Positions 55,621 to 56,944 of a DNA stretch of 56,944 bases are shown one piece after another. The position numbers and the translations under genes are program-made. Position 1 is the first letter of the stretch. Every line of letters starts with the position of its first letter. A model generated the notes under the pieces. It was given only the letters and a program-made list of their open reading frames with translations. It searched no databases and was not told the origin of the DNA. The stretch comes from a virus (lineage: Duplodnaviria; Caudoviricetes), in the IMG/VR virus record IMGVR_UViG_3300030376_003596, positions 1 through 56,944 of that record, one strand, 5' to 3'.

Positions 55621-56944
55621 CACACTATTACAATATTCAAGTCCATCAAGGACACAAGCACCCCGTTCCATCGAGATATCAGCGAAATTTTATCTCGAAT
55701 AAAAAACGGCACAGGTAACACCAAGGACCTGATCAAAAAAATAAGAACAGAAAAAAACAAAGTAGAAAGGCTTGAGTTGAAGAAGCAGCTACCTGCTATT
55801 TGTTTCTCCGGAAAGTTTACTAAACGTAATGACGTATCATTAGTTGAGCACAGTGGTATCATTTGTTTAGACTTTGATGGATACCCAAAGAAAAAAGATA
55901 TGCTGAGTGCAAAGCAATTGTTTTCGCAGAACGATTATGTGTACGCAGTATTTGAATCTCCATCCGGGAATGGATTAAAAGTCTTGGTTAAGATACCAAG
56001 AGATGAGGAGAATCACATTAACTATTTCAATTCCCTCAAAACATATTTCAATTCAGAATACTTTGACGTTACCTCCAGGAATGTATCAAGGGTTTGTTAT
56101 GAAAGTTACGACCCTTTGATTCATGTCAATGAGAAGTCTAACTTGTGGGATAAGATTGAAGAGCCTGAGTACAAGGAGGTAAGTAAGTATAGAGATGTAC
56201 CTACCATCCCAATAACTGATGAGAATAAAATCGTAGACATCCTTCAGAAGTGGTGGGAAAAAAAGTACCCCATGAATGAGGGACAAAGAAACCACAATAC
56301 CTATGTACTTGCAGCAGCATTCAATGACTTTGGTGTTAACAAAGCATTAGCTATTCATGTAATGAATAAGTATCAAGCTGAAGATTTCACATACCGAGAG
56401 ATAGTAAGAACCATCGACTCGGCATACGCACAAACTCAAAACTTTGGAACAAAGTATTATGAGGATGAGGATAGAGTGAACACTATAAAAGTTAAACTCA
56501 AACGAGGGGTATCAAAAAAAGAGATACGTTGTCAGTTGGAGGAGTCGAATCTAGACAACGCAGTTATAGACTCTGTATTAAATAAAGTAGAGGAGGAGAA
56601 CAAGAAGCAAACCTTTTGGACTAAGTCAGATAAGGGAGTAATAAAGATAGTTCATGTACTGTTTAAATTATTCTTAGAGGAGAATGGATTCTATAAGTAT
56701 TGTCCTGAAGGGAGTAAGAACTATGTCTTTGTGAGGGTAACCAATAACCTCATCGACCACACCTCAGAAAAAGAGATCAAAGACTTTATCCTGGAACATC
56801 TAATTGAGTTGGATGACATGAGTATTTACAATTACTTTGCAGACAACACGAGATTCTTTAAGGATGAGTTCCTTACACTGCTATCATCTATTGATGTATA
56901 CTTTATTGAGGACTCCAAGCACACTGCATACTTATACTACAGGA
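55615..56944 (+). CDS. Primase-helicase, N-terminal part (BT4734/VirE-N-like plus PriCT-like domain); runs off window end
   Basis: Not in ORF track; manual translation MTHTITIFKSIKDTSTPF..LKKQLPAICFSGKF..HSGIICLDFD..SPSGNGLKVLVKI..EGQRN. Confidence 0.85.
   Translation, partial: MTHTITIFKSIKDTSTPFHRDISEILSRIKNGTGNTKDLIKKIRTEKNKVERLELKKQLPAICFSGKFTKRNDVSLVEHSGIICLDFDGYPKKKDMLSAKQLFSQNDYVYAVFESPSGNGLKVLVKIPRDEENHINYFNSLKTYFNSEYFDVTSRNVSRVCYESYDPLIHVNEKSNLWDKIEEPEYKEVSKYRDVPTIPITDENKIVDILQKWWEKKYPMNEGQRNHNTYVLAAAFNDFGVNKALAIHVMNKYQAEDFTYREIVRTIDSAYAQTQNFGTKYYEDEDRVNTIKVKLKRGVSKKEIRCQLEESNLDNAVIDSVLNKVEEENKKQTFWTKSDKGVIKIVHVLFKLFLEENGFYKYCPEGSKNYVFVRVTNNLIDHTSEKEIKDFILEHLIELDDMSIYNYFADNTRFFKDEFLTLLSSIDVYFIEDSKHTAYLYYR

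Noticed and set aside
55392-55862. ORFs 55392..55577 and 55500..55862
   Set aside because: Overlap the terminator and origin-like element, or are antisense to the primase
1-56944. Stop-codon reassignment, DGR, integrase/prophage or intron/intein
   Set aside because: Genes are full-length in code 11 with TAA, TAG and TGA all used as stops; no reverse transcriptase, recombinase, host flanks or splicing motifs recognised

Overview
Essentially a complete, circularly permuted ~57-kb genome of a tailed dsDNA phage, probably a lytic podovirus. The host is inferred to be Bacteroidetes/Flavobacteriia from many TAnnTTTG promoters, A-rich non-Shine-Dalgarno starts and a BT4734/VirE-N-type primase. The primase-helicase gene runs off the end (55615..56944) and resumes at position 2. 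The + strand arm (47.3-56.9 kb, then 1-5.6 kb) carries early small genes, a C5 DNA methyltransferase, a DnaA-domain-IV-like protein, a Sak3-like annealase, a RecE-like exonuclease, SSB, primase, SF2 helicase, VRR-NUC nuclease and a metallophosphoesterase. The - strand arm (46.8 to 5.6 kb) carries GroEL, GroES, small basic proteins, LamG and fibre proteins, lysis genes, a tandem GroES-like protein, terminase, portal, scaffold, major capsid protein, tail proteins, ejection proteins and a 3654-aa polyvalent protein with HExxH peptidase and ADP-ribosyltransferase domains. I recognised no integrase, DNA or RNA polymerase, tRNA or cas gene. The most notable unexplained signals are mostly non-coding: (1) a ~350-bp mosaic of seven helically phased repeat families at 3.9-4.3 kb; (2) an apparent RNA-level control layer (hammerhead ribozyme, conserved intergenic stem-loops, a candidate anti-start sRNA and a pseudoknot before ssb); (3) an ART domain bracketed by perfect in-frame 16-bp direct repeats; (4) two copies of an origin-like element; (5) strong avoidance of CCAG/CTGG except within CCWGG. 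All protein calls come from motif recognition by eye; no searches were run.
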